Of a stretch of 64,000 nt of DNA, positions 25,401-40,562 are shown piece by piece; within the stretch, counting starts at the first letter, position 1; each line of letters begins with the position of its first letter. The notes under the pieces are model-generated. The model ran no database searches and was not told the DNA's origin. It worked only from the letters and a program-made list of their open reading frames with translations. The DNA is from Paraspadella gotoi (taxonomy: Eukaryota > Animalia > Chaetognatha). The stretch spans positions 17,109,904 to 17,173,903 of the forward strand of contig CM119270.1 in assembly GCA_051294375.1 (NCBI GenBank), given 5' to 3'. A program made the translations under genes and the position numbers.

Positions 25401-28143
25401 TTCTGTGGACAAAAGCAAATGGAACGTGAATCACGCCTGCCGTCACCCATCAGGCAACGAGGTGTTGGGTGTCATCATTCATGGATCGATTCTGTCTTCG
25501 TAGATAAGTCTGGACTGACTCCTGTGCAAGACGCAACGGGCTTTGTGGGGAGTCCATGCAACGTTTAGTCTCTGAAGGATTTGACGGTTCGAGTTCAGAA
25601 CTCCACCATCTCCTTTGTGCTCTCTTCTATCTTTTCTTTTTCTTCTCTCTCTCTCCCTCTCGCCTGGATCAGAAGGAAAAAATTGGAAAATGGATTTAGG
25701 AATCTTAAGATGGGTTTAGACATCGTCTAAAAATGGGTAATTTAAGATTTAAAGATTAGCGGCGACGCGTTCGTGAATTCGTCGAGATTTTCTCCCCATC
25801 CTCTTATTTTATTTATCTTCTTTCTAAAGGTTTAAAAGAAATAAAATCAATATCACGAAAAATGAAAAGTTTGATGACATTAATTCGAACGGAATTTAAG
25901 TGCGATTTTGAAAGAATAAAAACGTGAAAATAAAGCTTGCTTTTTGAGGTCATAAAACGGAAGGAAGGAAGCGAAGGAAGGAAGGAAAGGATAGGAAGGA
26001 AGGAGGAAGGAAGGGAAGGAAGGAAGTGTCAATGGTAAGGAAGGAATCGAGTATGGAGGAATGGAAGGAAAGAATGTAGACGTACAGGTAACGTAGGACC
26101 TAGATTTCCTTTCTAACATAATATTTTCTAATTTTTTTATTTCTTTCTTCCAGCTGTATCTTGAAAAGGAAGGAAGGAAAGGATCTTAAGGAAGGGGAAG
26201 GAAGGATGAAAGAAGAATGGAAGGAAAAGAATTAAGTGAAGGAACGTAGGGAAGATTCCTTTCTAGCAAAGGAGAAAAAGGATAGGAAGGAAGGAAGGAT
26301 ACGGATTAGTCCGTGTAGGAGAAGGAAAAGAAGGAGGAAGGAACGAAAAAACAATCGGAACACTAAAACAGACTAATTGTGTGTTAAATAAAAAGTCAAT
26401 AACGCAAACCCACATTATTTAACTGGATTAACATCTCAATGTTATGAAATGGTAACAAACAATACGCAAAAAAAAAAATAATTAAAAAGAAACCCAAAAA
26501 AAAAACCAAACAAGATAAGGCTTAAATTCATTCTCTGTCATCACTTAAAACTTAACTTAAACATAAAACTAAAAAATAATAAAAAACTAAATATCCCCTT
26601 CTTATCTTTCTTACTCGACCGTGAATAAAAAGAAGGATCTTCATCCGAATCGGAAGACGCTCGTTCGTTCTCTGACATTCCTAATTTGTGGATCGTAGAC
26701 ATCGTCGTGCGTACTGTATCTGTAGCTCTCGAGTCGTGTTTTGCTCTTCCTAACCCGAGGCCGGGGCTGCCCAGTTCCGTGAATGCGGTCTTCCACACCA
26801 CAGAGGGTCCATCATTCTCGTGGGGTTGAGGGTGAACACACGTTCCTTTTCTCCCTTCCTTTTCCCCCTTTTCCCTTTCCCTCCAAGTTTTTTCCTCATC
26901 TTCCTCAAATCTTCCTGATTCCGGCTTCTTGGACAGAGTTTGTAATCGGTTGTTCCTCTTGCGTCTCTATGTTCCATTAAGTCATCATCCTCTCCTCCTT
27001 CAGCGCCCCAGTCGCCCCGACGCCCGACCTTCCGGTCGCCGCCCATCACACCGCCCCGACGCCCGTGCAAGATGTTCGCCTTAATCTCCACCGATCTAAA
27101 AAAAACGAGCACTTCTCACTTCTCTTCTCTCGCCCCATGCTTCAATCCACCTCTACCGACCGGACCACCGTTAGCATCCCAGGCACTAACCCACCGACGC
27201 CGCGAAATAACTCTGCGCCAGAATTTTCCTCACCACCGGCTCATCACGAGCACTCACATCTCCTCTGACGAGGGGCCCACTTCACCTTCCTTTTTTTTTT
27301 CTCACCAAACTCTTATCGCAGGCGAGTGATCTAGGACCGTGCCTTTTTTTACCCCAATCGTCTTTCACCAATCACCCGGTGTTCTGGTCCCTCCGCAAGT
27401 CGTTTAACGGTCCATGTACTCTTCGCGCTCCGACGTTTCGCCGGGAAATAATTCCAATTTTAATTTTCCAATCGGTTTTTCGAAAATTTGTATAAAGTCC
27501 GCCTCCTGATTCGAGCGTCCGTTGTTAATCCATATCGTTCGTCCCGTCCGTCGTCGTCATATCGTCGACGGTCGACCTTCCTAAAGCTCACCCATGTACA
27601 CAATTACTCATTACACATTACTCACCTTCGCTCGAACCCGAGGCACCACCGTCCCTCCGCGCCGCAGCCCGGCTTCCAGACTTTGACGAGGCGAGTGAAG
27701 GCGCGGACGCAGGGTCGGGACGTCGTCGCAAGGACGCGCTCTTGGTAAGGGCAGACGTTTGGCCTTGGGGTCAGGGTAAGTTAATATTTATTTTGTTTAT
27801 TTTGTCAGTAGACTACCATATTTCAAATTACTTATTAAGAGACGGTTTCGTAAAAAAAACTTTGTTAAATAGTCGCTTGTCTTAAATTGTGCACCCACCG
27901 TAATTCTTTTTTCCTCGCCTCCCCTTAAGAATTGAATGGCCTTAAAATCGTTTGCGTTTGTCATTAAATAAAAAAAAGTCTTTCTGTGTGGGAATTTTTG
28001 AGAAGTGGTTTCCGAAAAAAGGGAAAAGAGAAAGAGAAGTAGCTCCTTGAGAAACAGGGGGAAAAAGACGACCTAGAAAATGACAATTCAAAACAAACAA
28101 GGGGAGAGAGGAGAGAGCAAAGAGTAGGAGAATGAGGAGAAGA

Positions 28144-28184
<41 letters not shown>

Positions 28185-28601
28185 CATATTAAGTAAAAAG
28201 GAAAGGTGGAGTCTCCTCAGAGGCTAATATTTTCGGCAAGTCGCTATGTCTTCTCCCAAGGACTCTAAAAATAAAAATGTCAAATTAACTGATTTAATAT
28301 GGAAATCTACCTCGTGAGGAAAGAGAGAGAGGATGAAGAGGAAGAGAGAGAGAGAGTAGAGAGGAGAAGAGAGAGAGAGAGAGAGAGAGAAGAGAGAGAA
28401 GAGAGAGAAGAGGAAGCAGAGAAGAGAGAGAGCCCACCGACGAAATTCAGATAAAAAAAAAACCTTTTAAGGGGGAATGACGGGAAAGAATCTTTTCATC
28501 GAAAGAAAGAATAAAAAAAAGGTTTTTTAGCATATAGACTTTCTCTCGATCGGATGAGGTAGAGGGGAGATGTCTCTTTGGATACGAGACGAAGCGAGAC
28601 C

Positions 28602-28692
<91 letters not shown>

Positions 28693-28920
28693 AAAGAAAA
28701 ACAGGAAAGGACAAGAAAGAGGAAGACAAACAATGTCGGAAATGGCTAAGAAACGGAGACGTTATATTTAGATAATATTATCAATGAGATAGTAACTTTA
28801 CCTTCTTTCACCCTCTCTTCTAAACCTCTCTCTCATTCCCCTTCTCCCTCTCTCTTCCCCTCCTCCTCCCCCCCCACTTACATGCCGGGCGTAGAGTTCA
28901 TTCTCTGTCGTCGTCTCCAT
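22491..28920 (-). CDS. Multi-exon gene encoding a low-complexity Ser/Pro-rich protein of unknown family; the model is broken by indels
   Basis: GC-rich blocks with canonical splice signals: 28882-28920+ (METTTENELYARH, gtaagt), 27626-27763, ~27300-27580, ~26615-26818, ~25450-25663, ~24956-25132, ~24591-24778, ~24203-24421, ~22979-23146 and last exon 22491-22638 (...KDLQRHLEVRCEHRRSA*). AATAAA at ~21480. The start codon and some phases are unresolved. Confidence 0.55.
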
Positions 28921-30078
28921 CGTCGTCGCTGTCGTCGGTCGGTCGCCGTCGCGCACCAAAAACAAAACAACAGAAAGACGAATGACATAAAGAGAAGAAA
29001 GAATCGTCGCCTCGAGCTCGCCGCGTTTCCATCGTCTCCTGCGCGGCGATCGTCGTAGAGTAGGCGCCGATTCGTCTCGAGAGGGTGTTTCGGTTTCGAC
29101 GTCGTCGTCGATGTTCGACGCCTTTGTCGTTTCGTCGATCCGTAAACATAACAACGACGCCGACGGTGATTCAAACGATGCCGGTGAACGCCGAATTCTC
29201 GCCGCTAGGGACTTAAGGAGTCGGCGTCGTCGGCGTTAGACCGCGAAAGTCTCCTCCTCCGGTTGAGTTCTGCTGCAGTTGCAACAAAAATCACGGACGC
29301 AGCAAGTGTGGCTGCGGTTTATCGACCCGACTAAGAAATTGCTGTAGTTGTCCGCGTTTTTTTCTGATGTTGTTAGTTGCGGTTGTTGCGTTCTGCACCT
29401 TTGACGATGCCACCTTTTTATTACGAGTTTTTCTTCGCTGTCGCATTCAGCCGACGAAAAATCGCCGACAAAGTCGCGTAGGCAGATGGGGTTAGAGTCG
29501 ACTCTCATAACGCCGGTTTAAATGTTGTTATTGTCGGTGCGAAAGATGCCAAGACGCGTTCTGCCGGCTGAGAAGACAGTCCGAATAGTTTTCATTGGCG
29601 TAAAGATTAAATAATGAATATGAACCCAGGTTAAATATCTTTGTTATCCTAGACCTGACTTTAAAATTGAACAATGTGAACGGAATTATTAATATAAATG
29701 AATTCAACGAGGTTTAATCTAAACTATTTTATATATTAATTAGATATAATTTAAATAATCTTTTTTAACGTTAAAAAACTAACGATTACACAAACTAATA
29801 AACAGTCGACGAAAAATTCTATACTTTGAATCCATTGTTGAGGTTTGTATATTTACAAAACACGCGCGTTCCGTTTTGAGCGCGAAGGTCGTCCGAGGAG
29901 ACGTGACTGAATCCAAAGCGTGGCGCTTTAGTCTAAGAAGAGGAAGAGAGAAAAGTTTGGTTTGAGGGATGAGATGCGAGAAAAGAAGAAAGGAAAGATA
30001 GGTTGGGAGGCGGAAAGAGAGGGAGAGAGGAAGTTTGTTTCACAGGGAGAAATAAGGGAGGGAGAAAGAGAGAAAGAG

Positions 30079-30161
<83 letters not shown>

Positions 30162-33100
30162 AATTAAATAAAGAAAGAAAAATAAAAATGTAAAGCAATG
30201 AATTTAGAAATAAAGTAAGGATTATCACTACTCTAAACGTTACAGTCCCCGTAATATAGATTCTTTCACCCGATAAACGCGAAGTTATTATGACTGAAAG
30301 TGATAGTCGATATAGAACGTAAAAGGAGTTTTCTATCATCTGATAAAGAAACGAGCGGAAGTGTCGTTTTCCTTCCAAGGCCTCGATTAACCCCGTGCCT
30401 CTTAGGCCGTCGGAACAATTTGCGTCCCAAGTCCGGATCGTCACGTTTCGGGTCCTCCGACTTTTTTGGGGCCGAAGAAATTCCATCTTCTCATCTCGAG
30501 ATGACGCGTGCCGATCTCTTTCGATCTCTCAGAAGAAATTCATTGCTTTTCTTTTCGGCGGGCGGTCAATCAAAATATGTACGAGCTCTATTTTCGCTTC
30601 GGGCCACCGAGCAAAATTAGCTCGAGATTAATTTTTGTTATGAAATTGGTACAACCAAATAATTATCCATTCATTTAATAAATAAGCTATCTTGCCCCTG
30701 ACTTTGGACAGGCTTTGGTTGTTAAGGCGTCCATCACTCTTACAAGATAATGACAAGCAGGTCCCTGCAAGATTTCAAACAAGACTCTCTCACAGTCCCG
30801 TTTTATTCACTTCCAGAGTACCTGGCTTTCCCTATCAATTGAAGTGGAAAATATTTCAAAGAATGTTTCAATTGTATGAAAAGACCACTCACTCTTAAGT
30901 TATTAGATCGGGGAATACTTATTGTACTCCGCACTAGCATCAAAATACAAGGAGCTGAATTTTATGAAATTGGTACAACCAATATAAAAATTATCCATTC
31001 ATGAAATTGGTAACACCAATATATAATAATTCCCATTCATTTAATAAATAAGCTATCTTGCCCCTGACTTTGGACAGGCTTTGGTGGTTTAAGGCCTCCA
31101 TCACTCTTACAAGATAAATGACAAGCAGGTCCCTGCAAGCTTTCAATCAAGACTCTCTCACAGTCTCGTTTATTCACTCCCAAGGTACCTGGCTTCCCCT
31201 ATCAACATGAAAGTGGAAAATATTTCAAAGAATGTTTCAATTGTATGAAAAGACCACTCCCTTAAGTATTAGATCGGGAATACTGTTAGTGTACTCCCGC
31301 ACTAGGCAATAATAAGAAGCTATCTTGCCCCTGACTTTGGACAGGCTTTGGTGGTTTAAGGCCCTCCATCACTGTCTTACAAGATAATGAGTTTGTTTTT
31401 GAATTTGTTGATTGAAAAATTTCTAATGTTTTGATTTTTTTAAATTAAAACTTGAACCGGATTCAGTCGTCGCTTTCGTCGTCGTCGTCGTCGTCGTCAT
31501 CTTCGTCGATGGTGACGTCGTCGCCCAGATTTCTGTCTTCCTCTCGGTTTTCTTTTCAAAGACTCCCGCGGAGAGAGAGATTCGTTGATGAGGAAGTCGG
31601 TGATTCGCGGCGAGTGATTCAATCACCGATTAAAAACAGGATTTACAATAGACCACTGGAAAAGTTTTCATCATCATTTAAAAGTAGCTAATTATCATAA
31701 TTTATGACTGTAGAAGTGGCCGAACCGATCCGCCGTCACAAAAAAGAAAACGCCGACGATTTGATGTTTTTATTTTAATCGCTTGTCATCGTCAGGCGAT
31801 GCGACCGTTAGAATCGCAAAAATCTCGAATTCATTTCTAAAATTATAATAATCATAATTTTACGATTATTTCTTTTAAAAGTTATAAATATTTCGGAGAG
31901 GAAATATTCCTTGATGGATGTTGAAGCCAGAACCATCCCAAGAATTGAGATCGAGTTGACGCCGCAAAAGCATCGACGACCGCGGGAACCAACTTCGCCG
32001 ACGTGATTTCACACTCGAAGGTTGACGACCTCGATCTTCCCCCCCCACCAAAGTTCCCCCCCCCCGAGTTCCACCTTCTCAGATCCGAGAGACAAACGGA
32101 ATCTCGATGGAATCGCCGCCGGGGATGGAATCTTCTTCGTCGTCCGTTGCCATCGTCGTCGTTGTTGTTGTCGTCCTCCGCTTTCGTAATCCGATTATTG
32201 TTCGCGAAGAAAAAAAAAAAGGCTGGACGCGCGAAGTTGTTCGGGTTAGATGTCAAAGACGAATGAAGGCGAGAAAGGAAAAAGGGTCGAAAGATAAGTT
32301 ATAAAAAAAATGTTTCATTCGATTAATAAACGATACGAAAATATAGATTTTCCCGCAAAATGTTGCATTGATTCCCCTATCGAATGCAGATTGTTCTTTT
32401 GTTTTTGTTTTCTCATTCTCATGATTCTGTTAAAAGGAGATTTATTTATTCTAATCGGAAACAAAATTCAGAATCAATATTTTCAGTTTGAAATATAGCG
32501 ATTACGTTGAGACAATATTAACGAGACGAACGACGATGAATCGAACGAAACGATGAAAATTAAAAACAACGAAACGAAAAAAAAAACCCATCTAATCTCC
32601 TCTCTCCATCTTTCTCCTCTCTCTCTCGTCTCTTCTCTCTCATACTATAATATACTCATTAACGCATTTGTTTGTTTTATTGACTTTTAATCGCATCAAT
32701 GAATGAGCAATCATCGGCATCAATGAACTGACATCATGCATCACTGAATGACTATCATCACAGCAGTGAATGACATATCCATCGCACAATCACAATAATT
32801 GATTATCAATAACAGTCAATAATCAATTCCTATTACATCAATAAATTACTCTTACATCAATCACTTAGTATACCGTTCAATCATTAACTAGTACCAAATC
32901 AACAATTCGTTATCAGCCATGATTCAATTCGTTTTTTTCTCAAGTGGTTTTTTTCATTATTTTGTCTTATTTTTGACTAGTGGGGACTCTGGCTCGATCT
33001 GAGTAGTCTATTTTAAAGATTGTTTTATTTGTATCGTCTCATTCTCTCTGCCATCTCTCTGTACTTCTATCTGCTCCTCTCTTCTCTTGTCTTCTCGTCA

Positions 33101-36100
33101 TCTCTCTCCTCACTCTTCTTTCTCTCTCCTCCTCTCTTTCTCCTCTATTTTTATGCACATAGCGACGATGCCTTATGCTTTTTAAGATTTTTTTAACTTG
33201 CACATCATCATTTTTCCAACTTGCATAATTTTTTTCAACTTGCATTCCGGTCAAAATCCTTTATAATTACGCTTCTTCACTCACTTTCCTACCGGTCACA
33301 AAATTTCATCACTCAATCTATCATCGGTTAAAATAAATAAAAAGTTCAAGTAAATGTGACTCAGTATTTTTTGCTCATATTAAACTCATTTCCACTGGTA
33401 GTTTCCTACTGAAACTTTAATAATCAAGCTTCGTGCATACGCTTCTTAATCCTACCCACACCAAAATTGTACAACCTCACTCTATCCATCGCAATTTTGA
33501 TTAATGAGGAGTATGTTATTGGTTAAAATTATAGTTAAAAGATGTTTTAGTAATAGTTCCGACATCTTGACTTTAGTTTTTTTCCGATTTAAACTAAATT
33601 TCCAACTACACGCGATCATCGAAATTTATATATCCAGCTTTATCACACACTTCCTACCACACACAAAAAATTTAATTCTAATCCAACGCCCAGCCCAATC
33701 ACCGAGTTATTAGGACGCTTTTTGCTAAGATGGGACGGATGGACGGATTGATTGACTAATTAATTAATTATGATTTAAATTTATTTACTAATTGATTAAT
33801 AACTGAATTAATTATTTGATTTATTATATACATCCTGCAGATACTTTTAATTATAAAAGGAAAAAGAAGCATAAATCAATTAGTAAAACAGGTTTTTTGT
33901 TTTTTTTCCATTTAAACTCATTTCCACTCAAACTTCTTCCATCGAAACTTGATTTGCCTGTTCAATCACACACTTTCCTACCCACATACAAAATTCAGGT
34001 CAATCAGCCATCCACTCATGAGACAATTTGCTGTTCAAATAGTGAATATATTTTTTTTTGTTTTTCCCATTTAAACTCATTTCCACTCGGACGTTCCAAT
34101 CGAACTTAATATCCAGCTCAATCACACACTTACCTCATGCCACACACCAAAATTTCATTTAAATCCATCCATCCAATCACAGAGTAATTGGTGCTTTTTG
34201 CTAAGGTTGGGACGGACGGACGGACGGACGGACGGACGGACGGACGGACGGACGGACGGACGGACGGACGGACAGCGCACGGACAGGCGACGGAACATCA
34301 TTTTTTTTGCAATAATTTATCATAATTCGATGTTCTGACATGATATAAGTGTGTGCCGCGACAATATTGAGGGGGCGGACCGACGGACCGAAAAAGAGTG
34401 AGTTTATAAAAAGTGAGTTATATAGAGTCGGGATCTGCTGATAAGCAGAACCGACTAAAAAATAAACGGTAAGTCCAGCCAAAATACTATAAAAAGCGCA
34501 GTAGTTTTTTTATACAAAAAAATAGCGATGTCGCACGACGACGGAACCCCGACCGGAGCCTAAAACGATCACAAAGAAATCAACTAACATTATAGAGCTG
34601 ACCCGGCTTCGCCGGTCAAGGCTCGATAAAAAAAGTGATAATAATATTGGAATTAAGCATGATGATAGACAATATAAATTTTATATTATAGAACTCTTAA
34701 TGATAAAAAGTGATTCAATCTTTTTTCGTAATATTTTATGACATAAGTGGGTGAAAAATATGAAAATTATTTAATAATCATCCGTCATCATCACTTCGTA
34801 ATGTATATTCCTTTTTTCTTAATTTTGACCAAGAAAACATAAAAATTTTGAAAATGTTGTAGTTATATTTTTTTATTTAACTTCGTATGCTCTTATCAGA
34901 ATCCATCAAAAAAAGTTTTAAAAAAATTATCATTATATTAGTAATTTTGTAATTTTGATAGCAACAATAAAGCATTAAAATCGAACTTTTTTAAAAAAAA
35001 TATTTTATTTTTTACCTGAATGTAGACTTGAAGACTAAAGTTTTGAACCCCCCAGCCCCAATTGAAATTTAATTTCATAGTAGATTTCTATTTAAGACTT
35101 GACTTAACGACAGCGATCAAATGAAGAAGGGGGCCAAATTTTAACTTTCGCCGACTTTAACCCGAATAGGAAAGAATCGGACGTATTCACTCACTTTTGC
35201 ATCCAACTTTCAAAATTTTCAAAATTATATTTTTATTTCGACCTCGATTATGCGTGGGTTTCTTTGCCCGACCGTGCCCCTCGTATCGTCTACTCAAATA
35301 GTATTTATAATATTTAAAAAATGTTAAAATATAAACCACGTCTTACTTATAATGACCGTGAGTTCATATTAATTATTGAATTTTTAAGAATTTTTGAACT
35401 AACTCGTCTCACCCTAAACAAAGTGTAAAATTTTCTAATTTACATCAAAGTTTCCGCGTTTTATTTTTTTTTTCCTTATCCTCTATTTCTTTCTCTTTTC
35501 TTCCTCTTCCTCTTCCTTTCTCTTCTTCCTTCTTCCCCGCGAAATGACTGAACGGATCTGACCCGACTTTCCAATCTTTTCGTCGTCGTCGTCGTCGTCG
35601 AACGAAGGACCAGAGGTTTTTTTTTTTTGACGGACGTCGTCATCCAACTTTCTCACATTTTTTTGTTTTGGTTTTTTTTTAAATTCGTCTTCCCTCGTTT
35701 TCTCTTGTTNNNNNNNNNNNNNNNNNNNNNNNNNGGATCGACCGAACTTTCCAATCTTTTCGTCGTCGTCGTCGTCGACGAAGGGACCAGAGGTTTTTTT
35801 TTTTTGACGGACGTCGTCATCCAACTTTCTCACATTTTTTTGTTTTGGTTTTTTTTTATTATTCGTCTTCCTCGTTTTCTTGTTTTTTTTTTTTCGTTTC
35901 GGTTTTTTTAATTTTCATCGTTTCGTTCGATTCATCGTCGTTCGTCTCGTTAATCATTGTCTCACGTATAATCGCTATATTTTCAAACTGAAAATATTGA
36001 TTCTGAATTTTTGTTCTCCGATATAGAATAAATAAATCTCCTTTTAACAGAATCATGAGAATGAGAAAACAAAAAACAAAAGAACAATCTGCATCGATAG

Positions 36101-39100
36101 GGGAATCAATGCAACATTTTGCGGGGAAAAATCTATATTTCGTATCGTTTATTAATCGAATGAAACATTTTTTTTTATAACTTATCTTTCGACCCCTTTT
36201 TCCTTTCTCGCCTTCATTCGTCTTTGAACATCTAACCCGAACAACTTCGCGCGTCCAGCCATTTTTTTTTTTTTTCTTCGCGAACAATAATCGGATTACG
36301 AAAGCGCGGAGGACGACAACAACAACCGACGACGATGGCAACGGACGACGAAGAAGATTCCATCCCCGGCGGCGATTCCATCGAGATTCCGTTTGTCTCT
36401 CGGATCTGAGAAGGTGGAACTCGGTCGGGGGGGGAAACTTTGGTGGGGGGGGAAGATCGAGGTCGTCAACCTTCGAGTGTGAAATCACGCTGGCGAAGTT
36501 GGTTCCCGCGGGTCGTCGATGCTTTTGCGGCGTCAACTCGATCCTCATTCTTGGGATGGTTTCTGGCTTCAACATCCATCAAGGAATATTTCCTCTCCGA
36601 AATATTTTATAAACTTTTAAAGAAATAATCGTAAAATTATGATTATTTAATTTTAGAAATGAATTCGAGATTTTTGCGATTCTAACGTCGCATCGCCTGA
36701 CGATGACAAGCGATTAAAATAAAAACATCAAATCGTCGGCGTTTTCTTTTTTGTGACGGCGGATCGGTTCGGCCACTTCTAGCAGTCATAAATTATGATA
36801 ATTAGCTACTTTTAATTTGATGATGAAAACTTTTTCCCAGTGTCTATTGCTAATCCTGTTTTTAATCGGTGATTGAATCACTCGCCGCAATCACCGACTT
36901 CCTCATCAACGAATCTCTCTCTCCGCGGGAGTCTTTGAAAAGAAAACGAGAGGAAGAACAGAAATCTGCGGCAACGGACGTCACCATCGACGATAGAAGA
37001 TGACGACAGACACGACTAGACGACGACGAAAGCGACGACTGAATCCGGTTCAAGTTTTTACTTTAAAAAAAATCAAACATTAGGAAAATTTTTCAAAATC
37101 AACAAATTCAAAAACAAACTCAATTATCTGTAAGAAGTGATGGAGGGCCTTAAACCACCAAAGCCTGTTCCAAAGTCAGGGCAAGATAGCTTTTATTTTA
37201 TTTATGCTATTGCGAGAGTCTACTACAGTAATTCCCGATCTAATACTTAAGGGAATGGTCTTCATACAATTGAAACATTCTTTTGAAATATTTTCACTTC
37301 ATTTGATAGGGGAAGCCAGGTATCCTTGGATGTGAATAAACGAGACTGTGAGGAAAGAGTCTGATGAAAGTTGCAGGACCTGCTTGTCATTTTCTTGTAA
37401 GCAGTGATGAGGCCTTAAACCACCAAAGCTGTCCAAAAGTCAGGGGCAAGCATAGGCTATTTATTAAATGAATGGGAATATAATTTATTTGGTTTGTACC
37501 AATTTCATGAATGGATAATTTTTATATTGGTTTGTACCAATTTCATAAAATTCAGCTCCTTGTATTTTTTGATGCTAGTGCGGAGTAGAATAATGTATTC
37601 CCCGATCTAATAACTTTAAGAGGAGTGGTCTTTTCATAAATTTGAAACATTCTTTGAAATATTTTCCACTTCATTGATAGGGAAAGCAGGTACTCTGGTT
37701 TAAGTGAATAAACGGGACTGTGAAGAGAGTCTTGTTTTGAAATCTTGCAGGGACCTGCTATGTCATTATCTTGTAAGATGATGGAGCCTCTTAAAACCAA
37801 AGCCTGTCAAAGTCAGGGCAAGATAGCTTATTATTAAATGAATGGATAATTATTTGGTTGTAGCCAATTCCATAACAAAAATTAATCTGCGAGCTACCAT
37901 TTTTAGCCTCGACGGTGGCACACGAATCGAAAATAGAGCTCGCCTACATATTTTGATTGACCGCCCGCCGAAAAGAAAAGCAATGAATTTCTTCTGAGAG
38001 ATCGAAAGAGATCGGCCAGCCGTCATCTCGAGATGAGAAGATGGAATTTCTTCGCGCCCAAAAAAGTCGGAGGACCCGAAACGTGACGATCCGGGACTTG
38101 GACGCAAATTGTTCCGACGGCCTAAGAGGCACGGGGTTAATCTGAGGCCTTGGAAGGAAAACGACACTTCCGCTGTTTCTTTATCAGATGATAGAAAACT
38201 CCTTTTACGTTCTATATCGACTATCACTTTCTAGTCATAATAACTTCGCGGTTTATCGGGTTTGAAAAGAATCTATATTACTGGGACTGTAACGTTAGAG
38301 TAGTGATAACCTTACTTTATTTCTAAATTCATTGCTTTACATTTTTATTTTCTTTCTTTATTTAATTCTTTCTTCTCTTCTTTCTTTCTTTCTTTTCTTT
38401 TCTTCTTTCTTTCTTTCTTTCTTTTCTTTTTTTTCTTTTCTTTCTTTCTTCTCTTTCTCTTTCTCCTCCCTTATTTCTCCCTGTGAAACAAACTTCCTCT
38501 CTCCCTCTCTTTCCGCCTCCCAACCTAATCTTCCTTTCTTCTTTTTCTCGCATCTCATCCCTCAAACCAAAAACTTTTCTCTTTCCTCTTCTTTAGAACT
38601 AAAGCCGCCACGCTTTGGATTCAGTCACGTCTCCCCTCGGACGACCTTCGCGCTCAAAACGAGAACGCGCGGTGTTTTGTAAAATATACAAACCTCAACA
38701 ATGGATTCAAAGTTAGAATTTTTCGTCGACTGTTTATTAGTTTGTTGTAATCGTTTAGTTTTTTAACGTTAAAAAAGATATTATTTAATATATCTAAATT
38801 AATATATAAAATAGTTTAAGAATTAAACCTCGTGAATTCATTTATATTAATAATTCCGTTCACATTGTTCAATTTTAAAGTCAGGTCTAAGGATAACAAA
38901 GATATTTTAACTGGGTTCATATTCCATTATTAATCTTTACGCCAATGAAAAACTATTCGGACTGTCTTCTCAGCCGGCAGAGAGACGCGTCTTGGCATCT
39001 TTCGCAACCGACAAATAACAACATTTAAACCGGCGTTATGAGAAGTCCGACTCTAACCCATCTGCCGACGCGACTTTGTCGGCGATTTTTCGTCGGCTGA

Positions 39101-40528
39101 ATGCGACAGCGAAGAAAAACTCGTAAAAAAAGGATGGCATCGTCAAAGTGCCAGAACGCAACAACCGCAACTAACAAACATCAGAAAAAACGCGGACAAC
39201 TACAGCAATTTCTTAGTCGTTGGTTCGATAAACCGCAGCCACACTTGCTGCGTCTCGATTGTTTGCAACTGGCAGAGCAGAACTCAACCGAGAGGCGGAG
39301 AGAGACTTTCGCGTCTAACGCCGACGACGCCGACTCTTAAAGTCCCTCCCCTAGCGGGCGAATTCGGCGTCACCGGCATTCGTTTGAATCACCGTCGGCG
39401 TCGTGTTTATGTTTTGCGGGATCGACGAAAACGACAAAGGCGTCGAACATCGATCGACGACGTCGAAACACCCTCGAGAGCACGAATCGGCGCCATACTC
39501 TACGACGATCGCCGCCCGAGGAGACGATGGAGAAACGCGGCGAGCTCGCGGCGACGATTTCTTTCTCCTCTTTTATGTTCATTCGTCTTCGTTTGGTTTT
39601 GTTTTGGTCGGACGATCGACACGACGGACGACCAGCCCGACGACGATGGAGACCGACGACAGAGAATGAAATCTCTACGCGCCAGGCATTGTAAGTGGGG
39701 GGAGTGGGGAGAGGGAAGAAGTGGGGAATGAGGAGAGAGTTTAGGAAGAGAGGGTGAAAGAAGTGGTAAAGTTATATCTCATTGATAATATTATCTAAAT
39801 ATACGTCCTGTTTTTAGCATTTCCGACATTGATTTGTCTTCCTCTTTACTTTTTGTTGTTTATCCTATGTCCTCCTGTTTCTTTCTTTTCTCTCTCTCCT
39901 CCTCTCCTCTCCTCTCTCTCTCTCTCTCTCTCTCATCTTCTCTCTCTCTCACTCCCTCTCTCTCCTCTCTCTCTGTCTCTCTCTCTCTCGTCTCGGTCTC
40001 GTCCTCGTATCCAAAGAGACATCTCCCCTACCCATTCATGCCGATCGAGAAAGTCTTATGCTAAAAACATCTTTTATTTCTTTCTTTCGATGAAAAAGAT
40101 CGTCATTCCCCCTTAAAAGGTTTTTTTTATCTGAATTCCGTTCGGTGGTCTCTTTCTCTTCTTGCTTTTTTTTCTCTCCTTCTCTTCTCCTTAGTCTCCC
40201 CTCCTTCTCACTCCTCTCCTCCTCCCCCTCACTCTCTCCTCTCTTCCTCTCTTCCTCTTCTCCATCTCTACATCTCCTTCCCCTCTCTCCTCTCCTCTCT
40301 CTCCTCTCTCTCTTCCTCTCGTCCTCTCTCTCTCCTCTCCTCTCTCTCTCCTCTCTCCTTCCCTCTCTCCATGCTTCTCTAGAGTAGTTTCCAATTAAAA
40401 TCATGTTAATTTGACATTTTTAAGGTCCTTGGAAGAAGCGACATTTGTCGAAAAAATAGCCTTTTCTGGAGACTCCACTTTTTTTCTTAAATGCTCTCTT
40501 CTCTCTCTCTCCTCTCTCCTCTCTCTCC

Positions 40529-40562
<34 letters not shown>

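Noticed and set aside
35483-35880. Repeated peptide RKLDDDVRQKKKTSGP as a repeat protein
   Set aside because: It comes from a ~180-bp direct duplication across an N gap, probably unmerged contig ends, and lacks splice or coding support.
35859-36575. 238-aa ORF
   Set aside because: The mirror copy at 31.9-32.6 kb does not keep the frame, so the ORF arises from indel noise in low-complexity sequence.
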